From an uncultured Candidatus Rokubacteria bacterium (GTDB lineage Bacteria; Methylomirabilota; Methylomirabilia; Rokubacteriales; CSP1-6): a DNA stretch of 64,000 bases. A program made the position numbers and the translations under genes. The notes beneath the pieces were generated by a model that was given only the letters and a program-made list of their open reading frames with translations, did not search any database and had not been told where the DNA came from. Positions 41,830-50,720 of this stretch are shown in pieces; position 1 is the stretch's first letter, and every line of letters begins with the position of its first letter. The stretch is taken from NCBI GenBank assembly GCA_963754315.1, contig CAVWFS010000008.1, positions 480,001 through 544,000 of the forward strand, read 5' to 3'.

Positions 41830-42717
41830 TCAGGCCGTCCGGTACCAGCGTTCGATCGCTTCTTGAAGATCTCCCGCATCGGGGTAGCGCGCCTGTATAT
41901 CGTGGATGGCGCGACTTGCCTCGGCCGGGCTCGGAACGACATCCACGGTCGGGATCTCGAACCTGTACGGTGTGAAGTCGGCCGTCGGCAATCGGGTGTC
42001 CAGCGCGACAGCCTCAGCACGGCGGTGGACCAGAAGATGCTCGTACACGCGCTGGTAGATCAGCGGGTCGTAGGGCACATCGTCTGCACGCCGAACCTCG
42101 TCGCCGACCAGTCCGAGGGTCAGGGCGACCACCACGAGCTGTCGCCAGAGATCATGCAGAACGTCTGGCGGGGCATCCTCTGACTCTCGGGGATGCAGTG
42201 GCTGACGCGCCCGCCGGGCGCGCTCGGCCTCGAGATGCGCGCGGAGATCCCGCGTGGGCACCGGGATCACGAAGCGGGTCCATTCGGCCATCAGGACGGC
42301 CTCGGCCGGGTCGCGATCCCGGCGAGCGAGCTCGACCAGGCGATGGCCGACGAAGGGGGTTTCCCCGATCAGAACGTCTGCGAAGCCTGGATGCTGAGCG
42401 TGCCACCGAGCGAGAGCAGCGCGCGCCCACCGCCCAACGGCAAGCCTGATCATCCCGTGAGTGACGCCTGCTTGCTGGGGATATCGCCGACCTCGGTCGC
42501 TCGCCTCGAAGACGGGTCGGGCCACGTCCCACTGCAGCAAGTGGATTCGGCGGCCCCGCGCGTGTGCGAGGTGCGCAAGCTGATGAACCAGGAGGCTCTT
42601 TCCCGTACCCGGAAGCCCCGCGAAAAAAGCAAGCCGCGCATCTCGCGCCAGGGCGGTCAGAGTTTCCAGGAGTGGTGTGCCCGAATTCAGGATGAGTCCG
42701 GCGACCCTGCACGGCAT
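41830..42717 (-). CDS. Hypothetical protein with P-loop (Walker A)
   Basis: FFAGLPGTGKS; fills the gap between + strand genes; start uncertain. Confidence 0.65.
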   Translation of the reverse strand: MPCRVAGLILNSGTPLLETLTALARDARLAFFAGLPGTGKSLLVHQLAHLAHARGRRIHLLQWDVARPVFEASDRGRRYPQQAGVTHGMIRLAVGRWARAALARWHAQHPGFADVLIGETPFVGHRLVELARRDRDPAEAVLMAEWTRFVIPVPTRDLRAHLEAERARRARQPLHPRESEDAPPDVLHDLWRQLVVVALTLGLVGDEVRRADDVPYDPLIYQRVYEHLLVHRRAEAVALDTRLPTADFTPYRFEIPTVDVVPSPAEASRAIHDIQARYPDAGDLQEAIERWYRTA

Positions 42718-42752
42718 GGACGATGATACCAGTGGGGTAAGATAGGGCTCCC

Positions 42753-44159
42753 ATGAACGGGATCGTCTCCTGCGGCGTTTACGTGCCCTACCACCGGCTC
42801 GAGCGCACGGCGATCGGCGCGGCGTTGGGTACATCCGCTGGCCGGGGAACACGTGCGGTGGCCTCCTATGACGAGGACACCACATCGATGGCGGTGGAAG
42901 CGAGCAGGCGCGCGCTCGGAAATGCACCCGCCCTGAGACCCGCCGCCCTCTACTTCGCCACGACCTTCCCTGCTTACCTCGATAAGACGAATGCGACGGC
43001 TATCCACGCCGCCCTGGGACTCGAGCAGAGCGCGGGAGCCTTCGACATGGGAGGCGCGATCCGATCGGCGGCCGGAGCGCTCCGGGCAGCGCTCGAGGCC
43101 CGGCGACCCACACTGGTGGCGTTCTCCGACATCCGCACGGGCCTCCCGGGCGGTGCCGACGAGCGCGAGGGCGGCGATGCCGCCGTCGCCCTGCTCTGTG
43201 CTGGGCAGAGTGACGGTGCGCCCGTGCTGGCCGAGCTACTCGCGTCGGCCTCGGCCACGAGCGAGTTTCTCGAACGCTGGCGAACGCCGGGCGATTCCCA
43301 CTCACGGCAGTGGGAAGAGCGCTTCGGCGAGCATGTCTACCTTCCTCTGGCGGAATCGGCGATCAGCGAGGCCCTGCGGCAAGCGGGGGTGGAGGCTGGG
43401 CAGGTGCATCGCTTGATCGTGGCTGGGCCTCACGGTCGCGCCGTCAAGCGGGCGGCTGCGGCCGCGGGGGTAAAGCCCGATGCCCTCGGTGACGATCTCA
43501 CCGGTGTCGTCGGCAACACGGGAATCGCGCACGCCGCGCTCCTGCTGGCCGCCGCTCTTGAGCGCGCTGCGCACGACGAGATCGTCGTGGTGGCTTCACT
43601 TGCCGACGGTGCTGATGCCAGCGTGTGGCGGACGACCGGGGCGGTAGGAGCCCGACCTCCGGCCGTTTCTGTGGCCCAGCAGGTCGCAGGCGGAAGCGTC
43701 GTCCCCTACGCCACCTTCCTGACGTGGCGAGGGTTTCTGGAGCGCGAGCCGCCACGCCGTCCGGATCCCGAGCCGCCCGCCGGACCACCGGCGTTCCGGA
43801 CCGAGGCGTGGAAATTCGGGTTTGTGGGAAGTCGCTGTCAGACGTGCGGAGCACGCCACGTGCCGCCGCAGCGCGTGTGCGTGAAATGTCACGCCGTCGA
43901 CCGGATGCAGCCCGAGCGCCTGGCCGATGTCCCGGCGACCATCGCGACATTCACGGTCGATCGTCTCGCCTACTCGCTGTCGCCGCCCGTGGTGGCGGCC
44001 GTCATCGACTTCGAGGGGGGCGGACGCTTTCAGTGTGAGTTGACGGACGTCGATCCCGCCTCGGTGGCCATTGGCCAGAAGGTCGAAATGACCTTCCGCC
44101 GTCTCTTCACAGCTGACGGCATTCACAACTATTTCTGGAAAGCCCGCCCCATACGGTGA
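42753..44159 (+). CDS. HMG-CoA-synthase/KAS III-like domain fused to a DUF35 (Zn-ribbon + OB-fold) domain
   Basis: GIVSCGVYVP, DEDTTSMAVEA, GGDAAVAL, VGNTG; C-terminal CQTC..PPQRVCVKC, TFTVD, VEMTFRR, NYFWKARP. Confidence 0.88.
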   Translation: MNGIVSCGVYVPYHRLERTAIGAALGTSAGRGTRAVASYDEDTTSMAVEASRRALGNAPALRPAALYFATTFPAYLDKTNATAIHAALGLEQSAGAFDMGGAIRSAAGALRAALEARRPTLVAFSDIRTGLPGGADEREGGDAAVALLCAGQSDGAPVLAELLASASATSEFLERWRTPGDSHSRQWEERFGEHVYLPLAESAISEALRQAGVEAGQVHRLIVAGPHGRAVKRAAAAAGVKPDALGDDLTGVVGNTGIAHAALLLAAALERAAHDEIVVVASLADGADASVWRTTGAVGARPPAVSVAQQVAGGSVVPYATFLTWRGFLEREPPRRPDPEPPAGPPAFRTEAWKFGFVGSRCQTCGARHVPPQRVCVKCHAVDRMQPERLADVPATIATFTVDRLAYSLSPPVVAAVIDFEGGGRFQCELTDVDPASVAIGQKVEMTFRRLFTADGIHNYFWKARPIR

Positions 44160-44199
44160 GCACCGCGTTGGGACCGGAGCGCGCCCTGGCCTCGGCGGA

Positions 44200-44229
44200 T
44201 TGCCAACGCCTTGCCTCTGATGCTAGGGT
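44200..44229 (+). promoter_or_regulatory. Putative sigma70-type promoter for the thiolase gene
   Basis: TTGCCA-18 nt-TAGGGT with TG extended -10; the same TGATGCTAGG occurs at 23717-23726 upstream of the MBL gene. Confidence 0.3.
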
Positions 44230-44271
44230 TTTGACGGACTTCGGGGCGTGTGGCAGCCGTAGGAGGCACTG

Positions 44272-45471
44272 ATGGCGAGTAACGGAATTCGCGACCGCGT
44301 GGCGATTGTCGGCATGGGGTGCACGCCCTTTGGCGAGCACTGGGACAAGAGCGTCAACGACCTGCTGGTCGACGCCGCCCAGGATGCTCTGGCGTCGGCT
44401 CGAATCGCGCTGGACGAGGTCGATGCCTTCTGGCTCGGCACGCTCTTCTCCGGGCAGAGTGGGCTCACGCTCAGCCGTCCGCTCAAGATCAACTACAAGC
44501 CGGTCAGCCGGCTCGAGAACTACTGCGCGACCGGTTCCGAAGCCTTCCGCAACGCATGCTATGCCGTCGCCTCCGGTGCCTACGATATCGCCATGGCCAT
44601 CGGCGTGGAGAAGCTGAAGGATTCAGGCATCTCCGGCCTGCCCGGCCTGGCGGCGCCGAGCGATGGAACGAAGGCGAGCCTGACCGCGCCGGCCATGTTC
44701 AGCCTGCTCGCGCCCGCCTATGCCAAGAAGTACGGGCTCGACGACGCTCAGCTCAAGGACGTCATGACGCGGATCGCCTGGAAGAACCACCGAAACGGTG
44801 CGCTCAACCCGCGGGCGCAGTTCCGGAAGGAAGTGCCCAAGGACACCATCGCCTGCTCGCCACTGGTGGCAGGCCCGCTCGGCATCTTCGATTGCTCCGG
44901 AGTGAGCGACGGCTCGGCGGCGGCCATTATCGTGCGCGCCGAGGATGCTCATCGCTATACCGACCGGCCGCTCTTTGTGAAGGCGCTGTCGTTCGTAGCC
45001 GGCCCGGCGGCCGGACCCATCGACCCCGACTACGACTACACGACGTTCCAGGAGGTGGTGGCCTCGGCGGCCGACGCCTATGCGCAAGCCGGCGTCAAGG
45101 AACCACGCGCCGAGCTGGCCATGGCCGAGGTGCACGATTGCTTCACGCCAACCGAGCTGGTGCTGATGGAGGATCTCGGCTTTGCCGCCCGCGGCACGGC
45201 CTGGAAGGAAGTCCTGGCAGGAACGTACGATCGCGATGGAGAGCTCGCCGTGAATCCGGATGGAGGGTTGAAGTCCTTCGGTCATCCCATCGGCGCCTCC
45301 GGGCTTCGCATGCTGTTCGAATGCTGGCTCCAGCTGCGTGGCGAGGCGGGCACGAGGCAGATCGCCAGCGTGACCCGCGGTCGTACCTTGGCTCTGACCC
45401 ACAACCTGGGCGGAGCACCGGGCGAATGCGTGTCGTTCGTGAGCGTCGTCGGCTCTGAGCGCAGTCACTGA
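44272..45471 (+). CDS. SCP2/SCP-x-type thiolase (acetyl-CoA acetyltransferase family)
   Basis: ENYCATGSEA (catalytic Cys), SDGSAA, AEVHDCF, NPDGGL..GHPIGASG, THNLGG; AGGAGG RBS. Confidence 0.92.
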   Translation: MASNGIRDRVAIVGMGCTPFGEHWDKSVNDLLVDAAQDALASARIALDEVDAFWLGTLFSGQSGLTLSRPLKINYKPVSRLENYCATGSEAFRNACYAVASGAYDIAMAIGVEKLKDSGISGLPGLAAPSDGTKASLTAPAMFSLLAPAYAKKYGLDDAQLKDVMTRIAWKNHRNGALNPRAQFRKEVPKDTIACSPLVAGPLGIFDCSGVSDGSAAAIIVRAEDAHRYTDRPLFVKALSFVAGPAAGPIDPDYDYTTFQEVVASAADAYAQAGVKEPRAELAMAEVHDCFTPTELVLMEDLGFAARGTAWKEVLAGTYDRDGELAVNPDGGLKSFGHPIGASGLRMLFECWLQLRGEAGTRQIASVTRGRTLALTHNLGGAPGECVSFVSVVGSERSH

Positions 45472-45517
45472 CCTCAGGCAGGAACACCCTCATCCTGAGT
45501 CCAAGGGGAGGATCGTG

Positions 45518-46528
45518 ATGAATCTGGTCATCGGTACGGCGAAAGGTGTCTTCGTGGCTGACGGTCACGGTCGCGTGAAAGCCGCAGCGGGTGTCGAGCA
45601 GCGCAGCTTGCGTCACCTCTCCCGGATGAACGGTGACCTGCTCGCCGGCACCGACGACGGCGTGGCGCGTTCGAGCGACGGCGGGTTGTCCTGGCGGCCG
45701 AGCGGCATCGCCGGGTTTTTCGTGTGGGACGTGGCCGCGGCGCCCCACGATCCCCATACTCTGTTCGCCGTTACCGAGCCCGCTGCGCTCTTCCGGAGCT
45801 CGGACGGGGGTCGTTCTTGGGTCGAGATGACGTCGTTTCGGCAGGCCCCCGGCGCCGCCGAGTGGTGTCTTCCCCGTACGACCATCGCAGGGCGGGCGCG
45901 GACGATTGTCATAGATCGCAGCCAGCCCGCGCACATGGTAGTGGGCATCGAGGTGGGAGGGGTGTATGAGACCCACGATGCGGGCGCCAGCTGGCGCTTC
46001 ACGCGGCCCGGGGGGAATCCCGACATCCACGTGATCGTGGCCCATCCGCAACGAAACGGGCTGTTGTTCACGTCCACGGGGTTTGGTCGCCCCGAGGGAA
46101 CCCAGGAGCCCATGGAAAAGCGCATCGCCGGTGTCTTCAGCTCTGCCGATGGGGGCGCGACCTGGGAATTCAAGTGGCAGGGGATGCGACCGCCGTATAC
46201 CCGACCCCTCTGCATCGACCCCCGTCCGCCCTACGCGGTGACGGTGGCGTCGGCCCCAGTCGCCTTCTCGAGCATCCGCGACCAGGGCGGCGCCCAGGCG
46301 GTGCTCTACCAGCGGGACGACGCACGCGATGCCTGGCGCTCGCTTGGCGATGCCGCCCACTCGCCGTCCGCAGCCAACTTCCATGCCGTGGCTCCCGACC
46401 CGGAAGTGACGAGCGGCGTCCTTGTCGGTACCGAGACCGGAGAAGTCTGGCGTGTGAGCCCCGAAGCCAAATGGACGCTCCTCACCGCCGATCTCCCCAT
46501 GGTCCAGGCCCTGCTCCCCCTGCAGTGA
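45518..46528 (+). CDS. BNR/Asp-box repeat beta-propeller protein
   Basis: Repeated RSSDGGLSW / RSSDGGRSW / ETHDAGASW / SSADGGATW motifs; GGGGAGG RBS. Confidence 0.85.
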   Translation: MNLVIGTAKGVFVADGHGRVKAAAGVEQRSLRHLSRMNGDLLAGTDDGVARSSDGGLSWRPSGIAGFFVWDVAAAPHDPHTLFAVTEPAALFRSSDGGRSWVEMTSFRQAPGAAEWCLPRTTIAGRARTIVIDRSQPAHMVVGIEVGGVYETHDAGASWRFTRPGGNPDIHVIVAHPQRNGLLFTSTGFGRPEGTQEPMEKRIAGVFSSADGGATWEFKWQGMRPPYTRPLCIDPRPPYAVTVASAPVAFSSIRDQGGAQAVLYQRDDARDAWRSLGDAAHSPSAANFHAVAPDPEVTSGVLVGTETGEVWRVSPEAKWTLLTADLPMVQALLPLQ

Positions 46529-46595
46529 TAGCAACCAGGTTGAAGCCACGAGCCGCATCGCCGCGTGAGGGTCGAGCCACCCAATCGCCGCGTAA

Positions 46596-46756
46596 AACCA
46601 GCGGCGCGTCCGGGGTCCCCCGGGACGCGCCGAACGTGGGGGGCGTGGGGGCCCTGTCGAGGCCCCAAAGGCTGGCGTAGTCCAGAGGGGTGCCACGGGT
46701 TCCCCGGGGCACCCCGAACGCACGGGGGGCGTGGGGGGCCCTTTCGAGGCCCCCCA
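46596..46756 (-). repeat. Two-unit copy of the REP-like element in inverted orientation, between convergent genes
   Basis: Reverse complement reads ggggggcctcgaaagggcccccca..cgttc-ggggtgcc-ccggggaacccgt-ggcacccc-tctgga..ggggcctcgacagggccccc..cgttc-ggcgcgtc-ccgggggaccccg-gacgcgcc-gctgg. Confidence 0.9.
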
Positions 46757-46773
46757 CTCAAACAATCCCCCAA

Positions 46774-47175
46774 TCAAACGACTTCGGCGCCGGCCTGCGC
46801 GCACTCGTGATCCTGTTCACCGGTTCCGCCGCCGCAGCCGATGGCTCCGATCACGCGCCCGTTCTTGCGGATGGGAACCCCACCGATGCTGGGCAAGATC
46901 TGGCCGGGAAGCACGCTTCCCACGCTCTGCCAGAAGGGCGACGTGGCGTGTAGCTCTCCCATCGCCTTGGTCGGTTGACGAAAGTTTGCTGCCGCCACCG
47001 CCTTGGCGCGGGAAGTCTCGGGACTGAGGAAGCTGGTGCCGTCCCCGCGCAGGGTGACCACCAGACGCCCCGCCTCGTCGACCACGCTCGCCGTCATGGG
47101 TGCACCCAGCGCCTTGGCCTTGGCCAGAGCCGCCTTCGCCGCCTTTTCCGCCAGCTCCAGGGTCATCTCGATCAT
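46774..47175 (-). CDS. GlcG/HbpS-like heme-binding family protein
   Basis: SVVDEAG, RGDG, AKAVAA, GGVPI...VIGAIGCGGGT.EQDH; GAGGAGG RBS. Confidence 0.88.
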   Translation of the reverse strand: MIEMTLELAEKAAKAALAKAKALGAPMTASVVDEAGRLVVTLRGDGTSFLSPETSRAKAVAAANFRQPTKAMGELHATSPFWQSVGSVLPGQILPSIGGVPIRKNGRVIGAIGCGGGTGEQDHECAQAGAEVV

Positions 47176-47210
47176 GAAGGACTCCTCCTCGCCACGAGGG
47201 TTGAGTGGCC

Positions 47211-47234
47211 CGTCGAGTAAACGCCAACTCGACG
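47211..47234. promoter_or_regulatory. 8-8-8 inverted repeat in the divergent glcG / amidase-NHase promoter region, possible operator
   Basis: cgtcgagt-aaacgcca-actcgacg. Confidence 0.35.
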
Positions 47235-47274
47235 ACCGGGTCAAAGGGAACCCACCTGGTGTATGGTGGGCGCC

Positions 47275-47484
47275 ATGAGCGATGCCACGAACGCGTTGAC
47301 TCTGGACCAGGTACGGGACCGGCTGAAGGCGACAGGACTTCAGATCGAGGAGGAGCGCCTCGACATGGTGCGCGTCCTCCTGGATACGGCCCTGGCGCCC
47401 GTGCGCACGATGGACACCCGCGCGCTCAAGGTGCTGGAGCCGGCGGTCACCTTCGATGCGGGGGCGGACCATGGCGGGCGATGA
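47275..47484 (+). CDS. Small GatC/AtzG-like amidase partner protein
   Basis: 69 aa, ..LKATGLQIEEERLDMV..LEPAVTF; overlaps the amidase start. Confidence 0.65.
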   Translation: MSDATNALTLDQVRDRLKATGLQIEEERLDMVRVLLDTALAPVRTMDTRALKVLEPAVTFDAGADHGGR

Positions 47485-48860
47485 GCTCCACTATGCGACC
47501 ATCCGTGATCTCGGCGAACGGTTCCGCCGCCGGACGCTCTCTCCCGTCGAGCTGACCGAGCTATTGCTGGCGAGGATCGCGAAGCTCGACCCGACTCTCC
47601 ACGCTTTCGTGACTCTCACCGCCGAGCGAGCCCGCGCGGACGCACGAGCCGCCGAGGCGGCTCTGCGCCGAGCTGACCGCGCCAAACCGCTCCTGGGCAT
47701 TCCCGTGGCCTACAAGGACCTCTACGCGACCAAGGGCATTCGCACCACGGCCGGCTCGGCGCTGCTCGATGACTGGGTGCCGGCGGCAGACTCCACGTGC
47801 GTGACCCGCCTGCAGGAGGCCGGCTGCGTGATGCTCGGCAAGCTGATCACCCATGAGTTTGCCTTCGGCATCCAGTTCCCTGGGCATCGCTTTATGCCCG
47901 CCCGCAATCCGTGGAATCTCGATCACATCCCGGGCGGCTCCAGCAGCGGATCGGGGGCGGCCCTGGCCGCCGGGCTCGCCGTCGGCTCACTCGGGTCGGA
48001 TACCGGAGGGTCCATCCGGGGCCCGGCGGCATTCAGCGGGATCGCCGGCATCAAGCCCACCTATGGACGCTGTAGCCGGGCCGGGGTGGTCACCCTCTCG
48101 TGGACGCTCGATCACACGGGACCCATGGCCCGCTCGGTGGAAGACTGTGCCTATCTTCTGCAAGCCCTGGCGGGCTACGACCCAGCAGATCCCGCCTCGA
48201 GCCAGGCTCCCATCGGCGACTACACGGTGTCGCTGCGCGACGGTATCCGGGGCCTCCGGGTGGGTGTCCCGCGGGCCTACTTCTTCGACGGGATCAACGG
48301 GGAGATGGACCGTGCCTTCCACGAGGCCCTTGGCGTGTTGCGTTCGCTCGGAGCCAAGGTGCAGGACGTGGAGATTCCCAGCATTCAAGCGTCGATGGCC
48401 TTTCTCGTCATCATGCTGGTGGAGGCCTTCGCGTACCACGAGCGCGACCTGCGCGAGCGGCCCCAGCTCTACGGGGATGTGTTCCGCCAGAAGCTTCTCG
48501 CCGGCGGTCTCCTGCGTGGCAGCGAGTACGTGCAGGCGCAGCGCCTGCGGGCCCGCTTGAGTCCAGGACATGGCGGCCGCCCTCACCACGGTTGATGTGC
48601 TGGTGACGCCGACCACACCCGGTCCCGCGCCGTCCTTCGACACGGTTCTCACACCCGACTTTCCGTTCGCGCGCAGCAACATGGCCCCCTTCAACATGAC
48701 CGGCCTGCCCGCGCTCGCCGTGCCCTGCGGCTTCACCACCGGCGGCCTCCCTCTTTCGCTCCAGATCGCCGGCCGCCCGTTCGACGAAGCCACGGTGTTG
48801 AGGGTTGGCCACGCTTACGAGCAGGCCACCGACTGGCATCGACGACGTCCACCCGTCTGA
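47471..48860 (+). CDS. GatA/AtzE-like amidase; +1 frameshift near 48563
   Basis: VAYKDL, GGSSSGS, SDTGGSIR; C-terminus (PFNMTGLPA, PFDEATVL) in the next frame; extra C in agtccaggacatg. Confidence 0.88.
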
Positions 48861-48864
48861 GGAC

Positions 48865-49542
48865 ATGGACGGCGTCCACGATCTTGGGGGTATGCACGGC
48901 TTCGGGCCGGTGACACGCGAACCCAACGAGCCAGCATTTCACGCGCCCTGGGAGGCGGCCGTCGTGGCCATGATGCGGGCCACCCTACAGGGCGCCGGGC
49001 TTTACAACATCGACGAGTTCCGCCACGGGATCGAGCGCATGGAGCCCGCCCACTACCTGGCTTCCAGCTACTTCGAACACTGGCTTGACGGCATCGCACG
49101 GATCCTGATCGAAAAGGGTGTCGTCGACCTTGCGGAACTCGACGCGCGGATCGCTTTCTTCCTCGAGCGGCCTGGCGTACCGGCCTCCGCCGCGGTGCGT
49201 GGAGCGCCGGTGACATCGGTCTCGAGCACGCGCGGGCTCGAGACATCGTTCCGCCGCCCTACGGCGCCACCGCGCTTCGCCGTGGGTGCCTTCGTGCTGA
49301 CGCGTAACATGCATCCGAGCGGGCACACGCGGCTGCCGCGCTACGCTCGGGGCAAGCGCGGGGTGATCGACGCGTGGCGCGGTTGCCACGTGTTCCCCGA
49401 CACCAGCGCGCATGGACTGGGAGACCAGCCGCAGCACGTGTACAGCGTGCGCTTCGACGCCAGCGAGCTGTGGGGCGAGGCGGCCGAATCCAGCCAGCGC
49501 GTGTACCTCGATCTGTGGGAGAGCTATCTGCATCCGGCCTGA
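48865..49542 (+). CDS. nthB: Nitrile hydratase beta subunit
   Basis: [61 protein letters not shown]. Confidence 0.96.
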   Translation: MDGVHDLGGMHGFGPVTREPNEPAFHAPWEAAVVAMMRATLQGAGLYNIDEFRHGIERMEPAHYLASSYFEHWLDGIARILIEKGVVDLAELDARIAFFLERPGVPASAAVRGAPVTSVSSTRGLETSFRRPTAPPRFAVGAFVLTRNMHPSGHTRLPRYARGKRGVIDAWRGCHVFPDTSAHGLGDQPQHVYSVRFDASELWGEAAESSQRVYLDLWESYLHPA

Positions 49543-49555
49543 GCGGGAGCCTGAC

Positions 49556-50155
49556 ATGGGAAAGAGCCATCCGAACGTGGATGACTACGTCGTTTCCAGA
49601 GTCCGTGCGCTAGAGTCGCTTCTCCTCGAAAAGGGCCTCCTGGCCCCCGACGCCGTCGATCGGGTGATTCAACGTTACGAATCGAACACCGGCCCCATGC
49701 TGGGAGCGCGCGCGGTCGCCCGCGCTTGGCTCGATCCGGCGTACAAGCGACGTCTGCTGGAGGACTCGCCGGCGGCCCTCGGCGATTTCGGGGTGCGCTA
49801 CGACCGGCTCGTCGTGGTCGAGAACACGGCGGCGGTTCATAACCTGATCGTCTGTACCCTCTGCTCCTGCTATCCCTGGGACGTGATGGGGCTCCCCCCC
49901 ACCTGGTACAAGATGCCGGCCTATCGCTCGCGTGCGGTCGTCGAGCCGCGTACGGTGCTGTCGGAATTCGGTCTCACCATCGCACCCGAGCGGGAGATTC
50001 GCGTGTGGGACAGCTCGGCCGAGCTGCGCTACATGGTCCTTCCGCTGAAGCCGGTCGGGACCGACGGGCTTGGGGAGGAGGCGGTGGCACGCTATGTCAC
50101 GCGGGAGGCGCTGATCGGCGTGGCCGAGGTACACATTGTACGAGCGACGCCGTAA
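49556..50155 (+). CDS. nthA: Nitrile hydratase alpha subunit, cobalt type
   Basis: [22 protein letters not shown] (Co-type Thr/Tyr signature), [30 protein letters not shown]. Confidence 0.96.
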   Translation: MGKSHPNVDDYVVSRVRALESLLLEKGLLAPDAVDRVIQRYESNTGPMLGARAVARAWLDPAYKRRLLEDSPAALGDFGVRYDRLVVVENTAAVHNLIVCTLCSCYPWDVMGLPPTWYKMPAYRSRAVVEPRTVLSEFGLTIAPEREIRVWDSSAELRYMVLPLKPVGTDGLGEEAVARYVTREALIGVAEVHIVRATP

Positions 50156-50720
50156 CCTGGTTGTCCGGCCCGACGGCCGCACGGTGAACGTCGCCCGCTT
50201 CCGTGGCCAGCTCTTCGTGTGCGCCACGGGCTGCTGCTGTGGGCGCACGGACGACGGGTTCGCGCCGGTGCCCACCGAGCTTTACCATAGTGAGTGGGAG
50301 CGACGGCGGCTGCGCAATCTCGTCCACCTGACGGTGGGCGGATGCCTCGGCCCCTGCGCGCTCGCCAACGTCGTCCTGCTGCTCTTCGACGGTCGCGCAC
50401 TCTGGTTTCACTCGATCGACTCGGATACGCTCGTGCGCGACCTCTACGCCTACATCGAGCAGTTGCTGGAGGCCGGGGCAGAGGCGGTACTGCCGGCGTC
50501 GCTGAGCGCCTGCCAGTTCACGGCGTCGGTCTGGCAGGAGCGCCCGGACGGCCAGGCAGTCGATGACCATCGCCCTCGCCGGCGCGTCGAGGCGCGCGCG
50601 GCGTCGGGCACCTGTCTGCCTCCGGCGACCTCGGGAGTCGAGGAGGTAGGCCGAGACCGACCGGGCCCGGCTCCTCACCGATCTCGCGGGCGCCACCGCG
50701 GTGCCGCGCCGAAACGGTGA
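50136..50720 (+). CDS. CbiW-like thioredoxin-fold [2Fe-2S]/metal-binding domain; probably the N-terminal part of a fusion with the NHase accessory protein
   Basis: [13 protein letters not shown] and [15 protein letters not shown] start after GAGG, overlapping the end of nthA. Confidence 0.75.
   Translation: MYERRRNLVVRPDGRTVNVARFRGQLFVCATGCCCGRTDDGFAPVPTELYHSEWERRRLRNLVHLTVGGCLGPCALANVVLLLFDGRALWFHSIDSDTLVRDLYAYIEQLLEAGAEAVLPASLSACQFTASVWQERPDGQAVDDHRPRRRVEARAASGTCLPPATSGVEEVGRDRPGPAPHRSRGRHRGAAPKR

Noticed and set aside
47176..47274. Cobalamin or NiCo riboswitch upstream of the NHase operon
   Set aside because: Region is too short and I could not identify the conserved riboswitch elements.
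47275..48860. Genuine gatC-gatA (Glu/Asp-tRNA amidotransferase)
   Set aside because: No gatB follows, GatA-specific motifs were not seen, and the context is a nitrile hydratase operon.
49556..50155. NHLP-type RiPP precursor
   Set aside because: It retains the full CTLCSC metal site and a cognate beta subunit; no GG cleavage motif or modifying enzymes.
50647..50649. TAG as pyrrolysine or readthrough codon (also 19356-19358)
   Set aside because: The TAG is not in frame with the upstream coding region; a 1-nt indel explains the join and readthrough does not.
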